Notes: generated from the letters alone by a model not told the origin. A DNA stretch of 64,000 bases from Torpedo marmorata (GCA_977017645.1 OZ360242.1:20584001-20648000); one strand, 5' to 3'; positions 21,601-34,824 are shown, counted from the first letter of the stretch. Translations and numbers: made by a program.

Positions 21601-24600
21601 TTTCTGCATCCAGGGCCACAGCGACACCTTGATCACCTCTCGATTATGCCAGATGTATTATACTAAGCAATCTGCTTACATTATCTACTATTTGTCTTTT
21701 TTGTATAAAGCCTGTTTAGTCCATATTTATCAATTTTGGCAAAAAAACTGCTAGACTGTTTGCCAAAGCTTTTGCAATGATCTTATAATCCGAATTTAAT
21801 AATGAAATGGGTCTATAAGAAGATGGCTTTAATGGATCCCTATCTTTTTTGGGTATCACTATAATTATTGCTGTTGAGAATGATTCCGGGAAGGTATGTG
21901 TCTCGACCGCTTGATCCAACACCTCCATAAGTAGTGGTATCAGAAGATCTTTAAGTTCTTGTAAAATTCAAGTGGAAATCCATCCTCCCCTGCAGATTTA
22001 TTAATTTGCAATGAACCCAGTACCCCCTCTATCTCTACTTGGGTAAAGGGGGCATTGAGCTCCCCCTGCTCTTCCAAATCTAGATTTGGAAGATCCAATT
22101 GTGACAGGAATCCTTCTATTTTATTAATATTCCTTTGAGATTCTGATTCATATAGTCTAGTGTAAAATTGTTTGAAGGCCTCATTAATATCCTGTGGTTT
22201 ATAGGAAATCCTGTCTGTTTCCATTTTGATAGCATTAATCGTTCTTGAGACCTGTTCTGTTTTCAACTGCCATGCTTAGACCTTTTGGGCTCTTTCCCCT
22301 AGCTCATAGTATTTTTGTTTAGTTCTGGTTATAATTTTCTCCATTTTATATGTTTGTAATGTGTTATACTTGAGCTTTTTATTAATTAATTTTCTCCGTT
22401 TTTCCTCTGAGCCTGACTTTTGAAGGTCTTTTTCCAAATGAGATATCTCGTGTTCTAATTCATCTACCTCCCTTATATATTCCTTTTTCATCTTTGTAGT
22501 GTAACTGATTATTTGTCCTCGCAAATATGCTTTTAAGGTATCCCAAATAATAAATTTATCGGTAGTAGAAGTACAGTTGATCTCACAGAACGTTGTGATT
22601 TCTTTCCTAATAAAATTACAAAACTCCTGTCTTCTCAACAGCCCTGAATTTAATTTCAATCTCTATACCGTCTTTTGTTTATCTGGCATTGTAATTTTTA
22701 ATATCAGAGGTGAGTGATCTGATAGTAGTCTTGCTTTATATTCAGCTGCACAATTCTACTCTGTAGTTGAACCGATGTTAAAAAAATAAATCTATCTTGG
22801 AGTATGAATTATGTCTGCATGAATAAAAATAGTCCATTTCCCTTGGATGGAGTCTTCTCCAGGCGTCCATTAAATTCAGCTCCTTCATTAACTGCAAAGT
22901 AGCTTTAGCTGCTTTTGTCCTTATAATTGTTTTTCCTGACTTATCTAGAATCGGATCCAGACAAAAATTAAAGTCTCCACCCACTATGATATTTTGTTGT
23001 GCATCAGCCAATTTCAAAAATGTTTCATGTATAAATGTCTCATCATCTGTGTTGGGAGCATACAAATTCATCAGGGTCCAGGGCTCTAAGTATATCTGAC
23101 AGTGAACCATTATATACCTACCTGAAGGGTCTGCAATTACGTCTTGTACTTTAATTGGAACATTTTTCCCTATTAAAATTGCTACTCCCCTTGCTTTTGA
23201 GTTAAATGAAGATGCTATGACCTGGCCCACCCATCCTCTCTTCAATTTTTGGTGTTCTTTTTCTGTTAAGTGAGTTTCTTGAAGGAAGGCCAGGTCCACT
23301 CCTATCTTTTTGATATATGCCAGGACTCTTTTCCTTTTCAAAGGTCCATTTAAACCATTGACATTAAAGCTAATATATCTTACTGTGTTGCTATTCACAT
23401 CGAAGGTCCCTTCCAGATAGAGAATTTTTTTACCTCCCACCCCCTTCTCCCCATATCCATTCCTCAAGAATCCATCATTTCTTGCCCCGGAGTAAGACGA
23501 CCAACTCCCAACGTGTCAGTTTTGAGGTAAACAAAGACAGAACGATAGGAAGTAGAAAAGTTGTGAATATAGATAAAGGAGAACCTCTCCCTTTAACAAA
23601 ACTGGTGTACAAAAAGGAAGTGACACCACCTCCCTCTACCGTACAGGTCGGGTCTAACACACCCATACACACGTGTTTGTGCTGAAGGAAACAACCTCCG
23701 TCCTCCCCAGCCCTCCCAGCATATTTACTAATTATGTTTTTTTTTCATATATATGTATTTACAGAAGGAAAAAGATATAATAGAACAAAAAATTATTACA
23801 GTTTCAGGAGAAAATCATTTCCCCCTTTTTTTTTCTTTTTTTTTTACTGTGTTATATCTGGTAGATTTTTTACGAATTCCTTGGCTTTCTTAATGTCCGA
23901 AAAGAATTTCTTCTCTCCACCCGGCAGTATTATTTTCAAAGTCGCTGGGTGTCGCAAAATAAAGTTGTATCTTTTTTGTCGGAGGATGTGTTTCACAGGG
24001 TCAAATTCATGTCTGCGTTGTAGTAATGCAGTGCTTATGTCTGGGTAAAAAAAGTATCTTCTCGCCGTCCACTTCCAATGGACCCCCTCTTGCTTTTGCT
24101 CCTATCGCGGCTGTTCTTAATATCTTTTCCCTATCTTGGTATCTTAAACATTTCACCAGGATAGAGTGGGGTCTTTGGTCCAATCCAGGGTGTGGCATAA
24201 GTGTTCTTTCAATTTCAATTGTTTCCCCTATATTTTCCTTACCCAGAACCTGTGGAATCCATTTCTGAAGGAAATGCACAGGGTCTGTACCTTCTACCCC
24301 TTCTCTTAGTCCAACTATTTTTTTGTTATTTCTTCGACTATAATTTTCTAGGGTATCCAATTTTTCCCAGATTATTTTCCTCTCTGTACTCCACCCTGTT
24401 ATTTCGTCCTCCATATTTTCCACTCTGTCCATTGTGTCCCACCATTTTTTCCTCCACATCATTTACTCTTTCATTTAAATTTCTAATATCTTTTCTTACT
24501 TTACTCATTTCTAACATTGTCTTCAAATTTTTTGTTCATTACCTTCCCATTCTTTTGCAAGAATTTCATTATATCATCGTTAGTAAAACTGGAAGCTTTC

Positions 24601-25114
24601 TTTTTTTAATTTTTTCTTTACCAGCCCCCGTGCTCTCCTCTTCATCAGCATTGGTGTAGTACTCCTGGCCTCCATCGCTGCTCTCTGCGTTGCTGTTCCC
24701 TCCGCTCGGGTCTAAGTCGCGCCTCCCCTCCGCCCGCACAGTGCCTTCCGTGCTCTCAACAGCTGAATCGCGGGTGCACCTGTCCCGCGTTCGGCTCCTC
24801 CGCAGCGTCCCTCCGTTTTCACGAGGGCACTCCGCCACCCAGCCCGTTGGGCGAAGCCTCCCCGCAGGTGTCGTACCGTACCTCTGCCCTTTTCTTCAGG
24901 GCAGGCCTCTGCTCCCGACCGGCGTCTCCAGCACCATGGACCTCGGGGGCCGAATCTACCGGTATGTCCTTCCGTCGTGGCATCTTCTAGTTCTTTATTT
25001 CTGTTCTTCTTGCAGGATGGTGATTTTTATGCCGTTTGTTTCCTTCTTTTTCTTTCTTTCTCTGGGAGGTTCGGGATTTCGATCCTGCCACCTCAGCATA
25101 TCACGTGACCCCCT
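18651..25114 (-). mobile_element. Full-length but inactivated L1 (5'UTR, ORF1, ORF2 EN-RT-CCHC, poly(A))
   Basis: 12-bp TSD CAATGGAATGAA (18639-18650, 25115-25126). ORF1 ENYSRRNN...IVGLREG (24007-24462), endonuclease SFNVNGL...LQETH...GGDFN...SKIDL (22778-23467), RT pieces, CFRC...HLTWSC. Many stops and frameshifts. Confidence 0.95.
20636..21299 (-). mobile_element. Rex1/Babar family B 3' fragment inserted into the L1 RT
   Basis: Near-identical to 5229-5614 joined to 10077-10354; (GACTT)n tail; no TSD; TCAA microhomology at the tail junction. Confidence 0.9.
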
Positions 25115-25344
25115 CAATGGAATGAAAATTGAACATAATATAAAAACCCTAAAGCATTTTCAACTGCATTTTCATCTAAAATAGCTATGAATGCAATTAT
25201 AGTTTCTTGTTTTATATACATTTTTAATGAAGTACTTTGCAAGGGTATCAAGGTAAAATTTACGAAATTGGACAAAGGGAGAAATGTATGGATTAGCAGT
25301 GGAACTATTGCCTCAGTTTAATGTGCTATGTATAATCTACATGA

Positions 25345-25635
25345 GTTGTGACTCAATTGGTGTCTCTTGGCCCCAAGTCTAAAAGGTTGAGACTTTAAAT
25401 TCCCTCGAAGATTGAAAACAATAAAAATCCCAACTTGCGCATCAAGGCAGTGCTGAGAAAGTCCAGCATTGAGGGAGTGTCATCTTTTGAATGGGGCAGA
25501 AAACCAGGGATCCATTTGCCTTCTCATGTGGATAAAAACATTTCCATGGACTCTTTTGAAGAAAACCAAGAACGTTATCCTTGACTGTTGTTGATTGTGG
25601 GAGTTATGCATAAATTAGTGCCATTTCTTTTGCAT
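25345..25635 (+). mobile_element. Ancient Deu-domain SINE remnant
   Basis: CAGTGCTGAG...GTGTCATCTTTTGAATG...AAACCAGGGATCCATTTGCCTTCTCATGTGGATAAAAACATTTCCATGG resembles the DeuSINE central domain as recalled; heavily diverged. Confidence 0.55.
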
Positions 25636-26236
25636 ACCAAGAAAATTAATGGGAGGAAGAGGCACCGAGGACATACCCATCCTCAATGATGGCAAAGCTG
25701 CGCATGTCAGTGCTAAAGACAGAGCAGAGCTGAAGCATTCACAGCCATGTTCAACCAATGGTGCTAAAGCGTCTCAGCTTCCTTCCGTAATCTCAACCAC
25801 AATAGAACCAAGTCTTCAGCCAATTAAATTTACTGCACATGATATCAGCAAAGGTTTTGGGGACAGACAATATAAACTGCCATAATAGAGAAGACGCACT
25901 CTAGAACTACCCATCCCTCCTGCCAAGTTGTTCCAGTACAATTAAAACCTTGGTATCCATCAGACAATCTGGAAGATTGACCAGGTGTGTCCTGCTGGAA
26001 CTGGACAGAGACTTGTATTTCATTGGTAGTTGTCTTATAACACAAAGTTAGTTTTGCCTTTCTCTCTGCATCAGTCTTGAAGAAGGCTGCTATTTATATT
26101 CTTGCATTGGGGTGATATGTTGATGATCTGCTCACAAATATGGAACATTGACGTATTTAGACAATAAAAAAAAAACCACACATTCCTACTCCACCGTGGG
26201 CTGGAAATGCATGCAACATTTTGGTGGAAACACATA

Positions 26237-27312
26237 CCGTATATTTCAGCGTATAAGTCGACTCTTGAAACCCTCAAAAATCTCTCAAAAAACGGGGGTC
26301 GACTTATACGGCAGATATACTTTTGAGACCTTAAAATCAGCGCAAAAAGTACTCCACGACGATTCGGCGTATAAGTCGACCCTTGAAAACCCGATTCGGC
26401 GTATAAGTCAACCCATGAAAAACCGATTCGGTGTATAGGTCGATGCTGGAAGCACCTCCCCACCGCCGGTGCCGCCGCTCCCCGACACCTCCCCACCGCC
26501 GGGTGCCGCCATAAACCACCCAGACATTCTACAATTGTAGAGCCCGAGGTCGCCGCACCTGCCCGGGAGAACGAGGTCGCCGCTCCTGCCCGGGAGAACG
26601 AGGTCGCCGCACCTGCCCGGGAGAACGAGGTCGCCGCACCTGCCCGGGAGAACGAGGTCGCCGCACCTGCCCGGGAGAACGAGGTCGCCGCACCTGCCCG
26701 GGAGAACGAGGTCGCCGCACCTGCCCGGGAGAACGAGGTCGCCGCTCCTGCCCGGGAGAACGAGGTCGCCGCTCCTGCCCGGGAGTACAAGCTCCCCGCA
26801 CCTGCTCAGGAGAACGAGGTCGCCGCTCCTGCCCGGGAGAACGAGCTCCCTGCACCTGCTCGGGAGAATGAGTCCCCGCACCTGCTCGGGAGAACGAGGT
26901 CCCCGCACCTGCTCGGGAGCCGACATGTACCGTGGTTCCTGCACCGAGCACACTTGGGCAGCGAGGCGACTTCAATGAGGACAGCACCGCACCCGATGTG
27001 GAGAATGGAGTCGCCCGTCACTGACTCTGGCTGCAGCCGAAGCTGAAGACTTGGACCCAGCTCCGTTTGGCATCTTCCCGGCCAGAAGCAAAGGTATTTT
27101 TTACTGTTTTTTTAACTTACTTGCTTAATTTACAGCTTTGTTACTTGGCGATTGGGGTGTTGTAACAAATTTTGGGTTGTTGCTGGGAGGCCCGGACAGC
27201 CTGAAAATTGGGGGTCGACTTATACGCCGGATATACATTAAAACCATTAAAATTAGGCTGAAAAAGGGGGGTCGACTTATCCGCGAGTTGACTTATACGC
27301 CGAAATATACGG
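26237..27312. mobile_element. Non-autonomous Tc1/mariner (Tc2/pogo-type) DNA transposon
   Basis: TIRs CCGTATATTTC(A/G)GCGTATAAGTC, TA TSD (26235-26236, 27313-27314), subterminal GTCGACTTATA repeats in both orientations. Confidence 0.85.
26545..26919. repeat. 27-bp GC-rich minisatellite, about 14 units (CGAGGTCGCCGCWCCTGCCCGGGAGAA)
   Basis: Directly visible tandem array, near-perfect on the left and diverging to the right. Confidence 0.95.
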
Positions 27313-27332
27313 TAATTACTTAAATATATCTT

Positions 27333-29169
27333 TTTTTTTTATAATTTTATTTAGTTTTTAAAATCACAAAATACATAATCAAAAATAATATATTATTCAA
27401 AATACATGTGATACATTTACCATCCCCCCCTCCCTCCCCTCCCCAACCCTCCCACACTATTCTAATAAAGAAAAAAAGAAAAATAAGAATATATAAAAAT
27501 GTTAGTTAAAAGAAAAGAAATAGAATGAGAAATAAAGTTAAGAGAATTAGTATGAGGAGAAAACTATTTCAAACTAACTCTATTTGTATATTGGAGGTTA
27601 CTTTTGTCAGCGGTACTAACTTTTAGAGAATTATTTCATACCCATAATTCTCATGTATGGGCTCCAAATTTTCAAAAAGAAATGATATTTGTCTCGTAAA
27701 TTATACGTAATTTTTTCCAGTGGTATACAAGAACGTAACTCTGCATGTAATCTATCTAAATTCAAATCTAAGTCTGATTTCCAAGTAATAGCAATACATT
27801 TTTTTGAAATAGCTAACACGATTCGTAAAAATTCTATTTGATACATATTTAATCTATTTCTAATACTAATTTTTTTAATATCTCCAAACAAAAATATCAT
27901 AGGATCCATTGGAATCGTAATATTAAAAATTCTATCTAAAAAATCTTTGACTTTAAACCAAAAATTTTTAATTTTCAAACATGACCATGTACAATGTACA
28001 AAAGAACCTATTTCATCTTTACATCTAAAACACATATCTGACAATGCCGGATTGAATTTCTTTAATTTTTTGGGTGTTATATATAATTGATGAAAAAAGT
28101 TATACTGTACTAATCTATATCTAACATTAATAATCTTAGTCATACTCAATTTACACAATTCTTTCCAGTGTTGTTCATCTATACTAGTATTTAGATCTGA
28201 TTCCCAATTTAATCTAGATTTATGCAGTCCTACTTTAGGTATCTTTTTCTGAAATAATTTATACATTTGCGATATAAATTTATTAACATTTCCATTAGTA
28301 ATTAATAACTCTAACCCATCCTGTCTAGGAGATATTAATTGATTCCCTAATTTCTCAACTAAAAATCCTTTAACTTGATAATAAGCCAAAATTGTATTAT
28401 CCATTATTCCAAATTTTTCTTTCAATCTAGAAAAAGTAACAAATCTTCCTGCCTCAAAACAATCTTTAATCTTCTTAATTCCTTTTTGATACCATAATTT
28501 TAAAAATTGATTATCCATAGAAAATGGTAGTAATAAATTCTGATATAATGGCATATTTAAAGAAATTGATCCTTTTCGCCCTATTTCATTATCTAATTGA
28601 TTCCAAATCTCTAGTAAATGTCTAATAATCGGTGACTTTTTCTTTTTAATCAATAATAATTTAGAATTCCATTTATAAATAATATCTTCCTTATTTCTTT
28701 CTCCTATATTACTTAATTCTATATTAATCCAAGCCGTATTTTTAGTTAAATCAAATAATTCATTTATAAATTTTAATTGTGCTGCCTTATAATAATATTG
28801 AAAATTAGGAAGTTGTAGTCCACCCATTTCATATTCCCAAGTTAATTTATCCATACATACTCTTGCCAATTTTCCTTTCCATAAAAACTTTCTAATAATA
28901 TTTTTTAAATCTTTAAAAAATTTTTGAGGAATACCAAAAGGTATAGATTGAAAAAGATATTGAACTCTTGGAAAAATATTCATTTTAATACAATTCACTC
29001 TTCCCATTAAAGTTATAGGTAAATCTTTCCAATTATCCAAATCCTTCTTTATTTTCTGAAAAAAAGGTATGTAATTTAATTTATATAAATTTTCTAACTT
29101 TATATCCACTTTAACTCCCAAATATTTAATTGCTTCTTTAGCCCATTTAAATTTTGTAACTTCTTTACA
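27333..29169 (-). mobile_element. 5'-truncated L1 (AT-rich family) with an uninterrupted ORF2 C-terminal region
   Basis: About 510 open codons (IKYLG...LPITLMGRVNCIKMN...GGLQLPNF...CFRC...HCTWSC). Poly(T) on the + strand. 15-bp TSD ACTTAAATATATCTT (27318-27332, 29170-29184). Confidence 0.93.
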
Positions 29170-29289
29170 ACTTAAATATATCTTCATCATATATTAGCGT
29201 AGGTCTTAGTGCAGTTAAATACCAGAATTTAGAATGAAGATAAATCAAACTTCAGAGTGTAATTTTTTTATCAAGTATCAACTTTATGA

Positions 29290-32010
29290 CCGAAATAAAA
29301 AAAGCTGCAGATACTAAACATCTTAAATAAAATTAGAAAACGCTGGAAATACTCATTAGCTTGGTGGTATCTGTGAGGAGAGAAACAGGTCAAGGATCTT
29401 TCTTCAAAACTAAGAAAAGTTAGAAATAATTTGAAGCTGCTGAGTGAGAACAGGAAATGGAGAGAAGAACAACATGCTGGACCTGAGATATCTGTTGGTT
29501 GTTTGATTTTTGATTGTGATTTCTAAGTTCAGACTGAATCTGCCCAGGTGATATGAAACTAAACAATACTTGTGGAACAGCACAACCCAGAACTTTAAAT
29601 GTTTTTAAATATCATAGCATAAAATACAATAAATAATATAACATAAAATATGATTAGAAACCTCAAAAGCATTACATGATTTTAAAAAAATACAAAATAC
29701 TGTGCACTGATAACACTGATCAACTCAAAACAATCTTGCACGACTTTAACTCTTAATTGTAGCTTCAACTTACAACTATTGCTCTCTCATTTTGATTCTG
29801 AATAGCCCTCCAGAAATAACACAAAGCCATTTCTTGTGCATAGAGATGGTATTCCTGTCCATAGTCACTTAAAATTTTGACTGGCGTCTTGTTTTCCATT
29901 CCTCAGAGATGACCTTAGAATTCAAACAAGATCATCGAGTCTGTTTCAACTTGACTGCTCCCCACAGATAGGACATGATTAAAGCACCAGTTTCAGCATT
30001 TACATTCTCATTCAACACGATTCCCAGGAGAAGAGCCATTGCAGAAGTTAAACAAAACAGAAGTTCTCTCTGTGTTGGCCCAAATTATATGATCCAGCCT
30101 ACTCAGATTTATTTGGTTTAATGAGTTATTCATTTACAAAGTTTGCATGCAGGCTCTTGAAATATATGACTGCTCAAAACACCAGTCATTTTCCCAAAGG
30201 CTGTGGGCCCCTGTGGCCATGCCTACAGCTGCATTGGAAGGAGTAGATAATTATTTTCCATGGCCCAATATTTTATCACTCTTATTTCGTAGCATCTTCC
30301 CATGCAAGTGAAGAATGTGTATTGTCTGCCCTTTTATCTCATTTGTGCCCATCATTTCAGGATTCAAACATTCCGACATAAGAAGCAGCAATCCACTTGT
30401 ACTTCCAAATTAGTATATTGCATTTTCTCACAATGTGATATCTACCTTGGAGAAACCAAATGTAGATTGGGCGACCACTATGTCGAACATTTCCTTTCAG
30501 TTGGCAATAGTGATCATGAGCTTCCAGTTCCCATTAATTGAGCTTCCCATTCCCATTCTGATCATTCTGCCTCTTACTCTGTTCTAAGAAGCCCCACATT
30601 ATCTCAAGAAGCATTTTCCAATTATGCTTCAGGATTCAACATTAAATTCAACAATTTCAGGAATACTAGTTTGTGCTGTAACTGGCCAGTTTCAGTGGTA
30701 GTGTTAACTCAGTTTCAGTGGTAGTGTTAACTCAGTTTTTCTCCACAGCTGTTATCTGGCCTGAATATTTCTGTCAGACTCTTATTTCAGATTTCCAGTG
30801 TATGTTGTTTTGCGTCTTACATTTCCACCATTGATTCTCTCTCCTCTTCTCAGTGCTCATTCATTGCCCCCTGATTACATCTCCAGCTAAATGAGCTGTG
30901 ATGAACAAGCACTCTCTCAGCCTGCACCATCAGGTTTCGCCTCTTTCAATCTTGCCTTCACCCAATCACAGATATTTCCTTTATTTTCACTTCCACCTCC
31001 CCCTTCTCAATTTAAAATGTGTTGTTTCCCATGTTATGGACCATGACTGACCATTTGGACTGTGGACGGTCAGCAGGAAGGATGGAGTCTTTTGGAGTAC
31101 ACACTGGGGCCAGGTACTGAAGGAGTTAACTTGCCCAGGACTTGGTGTACCCAGAGAGAGAGGGAGAGACCAGAGAGAGACAGGCTGTGGAAAAGATACT
31201 TTGTAGCACTTTTGCAAAAGCAGGTGCAGACCTCTGCAAAAAGCATTCAGATTCAGTGGCAGTTTGGAGTTGCAAAGGTGAGAGAACACAGCAAAATCCA
31301 GGCTTGTGCATCCCAGGGAAAAAGGCTGGGAGAATAGCACGTGGCCTCCTGTCTCAGCAAAATCCTGAGTTAAAGCAACTTTTGTGGAGAACAGGCGTGA
31401 GATCAGCAAGACCAGCTGTGAGATCCAAGTACACGCCTCAATCAGTGGTATACTGATTTGGAGTCGCAATCCTCGTGAATTTCTACCAAAAGGGAAAGTC
31501 ATCAGAGAAGAAAAGCAAGCCAAGTGTTCGTAAGCATAAACAGTCATTGTCTCTCTCCAACGTTCATTAAGAAGTCCTTCTTGCCAGCACACAGAGCTGA
31601 ATTTGGATCCTGAACATAGAGAGTGAATTTTTGTGGACTGTATTATTTTTCTGACTGACTTGTTTTTATGACTGACCTGGGGTTTTTGGGGAAAGTTTTT
31701 CCATTTTTACATGAGGGTTGGGCACAGACTGTAATGGTCTGGGCTTTATACACACACACACACCTTTTAGATAAGAATAGTGTTTATAGACGTTTATAGT
31801 GGGGTTAATTGTTGTGAAATTATATGTTTAATTGTCTTTAATAAATATAAATTTCAATTTTACCCCTTTTGCATTGCGTCTTCTGTCGTTGCTGGTTTGA
31901 ATTTTGTAACATCCACTTTTCCAGTTCTATTGCAAGGTTATTGGCCTGAAACGTTAATTCATTTTTCCTCCTCATAGATAATGCCTGACTACTAAATATT
32001 TTTAATATTT
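29290..32010 (+). mobile_element. Old, fragmented Penelope-like element interrupted by a solo LTR (boundaries approximate)
   Basis: GIY-YIG remnant TCTSKLVYCI...IYLGETKCRLGDHYVEH (about 30390-30540), pseudo-LTR-like pieces at about 30740-30820 and 31915-32000, and an inverted piece at about 29290-29410. Confidence 0.6.
31032..31911 (+). mobile_element. Solo LTR of the Gmr1 family
   Basis: Reverse complement of 2331-3213 and 45249-46111; TG...CA ends; flanks CCCA/TCCA; no PBS, PPT or internal sequence. Confidence 0.92.
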
Positions 32011-32876
32011 TTCATCCACGTTATAGCAATAGTTTGACTTTGCCAAAGATATAACAGCATCGGTATAACTCATCATTATTATTACATAAACCAGCCAGCA
32101 TATTGCAATGAAAAAAAAGTGTCTTGTAAATTGTCGCACTTGCTGGATGTAATATGTCAAAAAGATTCTTGAGACTGAGGGTAAAATATAGTTCAAATGT
32201 TTATTTTAATGAAGTGCCTGCATTTGCACACTAATTGCATATTAAACTTGACTAACTTAAGTCTTGATTAACATGCATCATATCTTAATAAAGCACAAAT
32301 TGTAAATGAGAATTAATTGTTAATGTCCAGTAGGTGAACATTACGTGCATGCTCACTTTTCTGTTTGTGAATTGTTGCTTGATTTATTTTAATTGAAATT
32401 TATTAAGCTTCGTTGTCCTTTCAGTTTTTAATCACCTCTTTTCCTTCTTTACTTTCAGCATCTGGTTTGACATTGAATTCACTCATTATAATTCATGTTC
32501 CTTGATGCTTGTTTCTTCTCAACTCTTTACCATCTTATTTCCTGAGAATTCGGTTAGTCTTTGTCCAAGGCCTGTTTTCCAGTTTCCTGGTTCCAGCAAT
32601 TCAGTGGGCAAAAACTTTAAAATCTGGCCCATTAAATGTTTAACTTTGGTATGGTGGAAATTTAATTTTAGTGATACTTTAGAATTTTATGAGATTGTTG
32701 AACCCAAGTTACTTAAATCACACAATTTAGTTATTTAAATAAAAATGTAGCTACAAAGTTCATTGCTACTTGGAACAGCATTGCTACTTTAGAAATTAAG
32801 GACAGGTGAACATTTTTGCACTTTGGTGGTAGAGGTAATAGAGCTAGAAAACCAGGCCAAGGACTAATAACCTGGA

Positions 32877-33574
32877 AGTAAATCACGAAAATCTGTAGAC
32901 ACCGTGGTTGAAGTAAAATCACAAAATGCTGGAGAAGCTCAGCAGGTCAAACAGTGTCCTTTATGTAGCAAAGGTAAAGATACATAACCGACGTTTCGGG
33001 CTTGAGCCCTTCATCAAAGTATGAGAAAATGCCGGCAGGCATCTGAACAAAAGGGTCGGGGGGGAGGGGGTGAGCACCTCCTCTCCGTCCGCAACAACAG
33101 CGACCTCCCAGTAGCCAACCATTTCAATTCCGAGTCACACTCCCACACTCACATGTCTGTCCATGACCTTATGTACTATCCCACCCAGACCACCCACAAA
33201 TTGGAGGAACAACACCTTATTTTCCGTATGTGCACTCTCCAGCCAGATTGCATTAATATTGACTTTTCTGCTTTCCACTAAACCTGCTTGCCTTTTCTTT
33301 CCCCTCCCCCTTCCCTGTCCTTCCAGTTCTTCCACCCACCCAGCCATCCCTCCTCCCCCTCATTGCTGTTGTCCCCTCCCTCCTTTCTCCACCTATCATC
33401 TCCTGCCTCCTTTGCCACCCCACCCCCCCCCCCACTCTTTTGTTCGGACGCCTGCCGGCATTTTCTCATACTTTGATGAAGGGCTCAAGCCCGAAACGTC
33501 GGTTATGTATCTTTACCTTTGCTCATAAAGGACACTCTTTGGCCTGCTGAGCTTCTCCAGCATTTTGTGTTTTT
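32877..33574 (+). mobile_element. Penelope-like element 3' end with inverted pseudo-LTR and hammerhead-like motif
   Basis: GIY-YIG C-terminus EHLLSVR...LPVANHFNS...KLEEQHLIFRMCTLQP...INIDF (33070-33281). Inverted repeats about 32915-33053 and 33437-33575. Direct repeat ACTAATAACCTGGA at 32863-32876 and 33575-33588. Confidence 0.9.
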
Positions 33575-33987
33575 ACTAATAACCTGGAGTCATGGGCTAT
33601 GTCCTCACTACTGTAGATGAGCAGTTTATATTTCAAATGTATTAAATGGCTGAATTAAAGGCTTATATTAATGATCACAAAGCTAGCTGGTTTTTGTAAA
33701 ATATTCTGTATTGTTTATGGAACAAATTTGGCCATCGTTACCCTATGCTGTGGTTGATTGTTAACTTATCTATCGGTCTTGTGTAAATTGCTAATCAATG
33801 TAACAATATGCTGACAAAATACAACAATTTAAGAAGGCAGCTCACTACCTACACATGGACAATGAGGGATGGGTGATAAATGGTGGTATTGTCAATAGTC
33901 CCTATATTCCATTAATTAGATAAGAAATTACTAAGATTTTCATATTATGGATATGAGAATAATGTTATTTTTGTTCTTTTGCTGTAG

Positions 33988-34119
33988 AGTATTAAACATA
34001 TGGCCTCTGCATATTTTATGGAGTAGGCTTTCAACATGTGTGCAGCTTGCACATCGTTTGGACCACTTACAGACGATTGCAAGTACTACAAAAGCACAGA
34101 ATCACACAGAGTTTATGAG
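33988..34119 (+). CDS. PIGQ: PIGQ coding exon 2 (132 nt)
   Basis: Acceptor TTTTGCTGTAG; RVLNIWPLHILWSRLSTCVQLAHRLDHLQTIASTTKAQNHTEFMR; donor AG|GTACAG; frame continuous with neighbours. Confidence 0.93.
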
Positions 34120-34824
34120 GTACAGTACGATTATCATGGTTTGTCACCTAGGAATAACCTTAAAAGATAAACTGATAATGAATTGTTAGATTTATTTCAT
34201 TAAGATGATAACTTTAATTAAACTAGGACACTGAGACAAGATATGTAAAGGTATCCATTGGATATATTTGAGCCCAAGATGAGGATTTTTTTTAATTTTA
34301 AATTATCAAATTTGGCCCTAACCTCCTCACTGCTGATCTTTATGCATAATAACCATTCAGCTCCGAGGTGATAGGTTGGTCATCACCATGCACAGATATA
34401 TTGTGATTTTAGTTGAAATTGGAGGACATTGAAAATTGTTGCCTGTTAGTGTAGATGCTAAGGCATATGTTGGTGCTCCTTCTTGTCAATTGAGAAAGTT
34501 TTGGAGATAGAAACTGACCTGCAATCTCTTATACTAAATCTACAACTGCACATTGAATTGTGCATCTTCTGGTCGTATTTGGAACTAAATTTTGAAATAT
34601 GAGTACGAACACATTTATGTGTTTAATGCAAACAATAGAGCATGAATTTCCATCTCTGTAACATCATGAGCATGAGGAAGTTGGATGAAAACAAACTTCA
34701 ATGAGTGAATAAAGAAGGTTATGATGCCCAATAGATTCATGACTAGTCAGAGCATGAGGAGCCAAGGGAAAAGTAGCAGAAAGTCATAGAAAATTTAGAT
34801 GTGAAGTGGTAACTAAGATACCAT

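Noticed and set aside
26071-26987. Long ORFs with SFSRAGAAT, DLVLPGR and RSPGQ repeats; superficially CRISPR-like periodicity
   Set aside because: These are translations of a stop-free 27-bp minisatellite inside a DNA transposon. There are no unique spacers and no cas genes, and the context is eukaryotic.
27631-29190. 519-aa ORF as a domesticated gene
   Set aside because: It is the 3' part of L1 ORF2 bounded by a TSD and poly(A). The ATG comes from flanking DNA, and the open frame reflects recent insertion.
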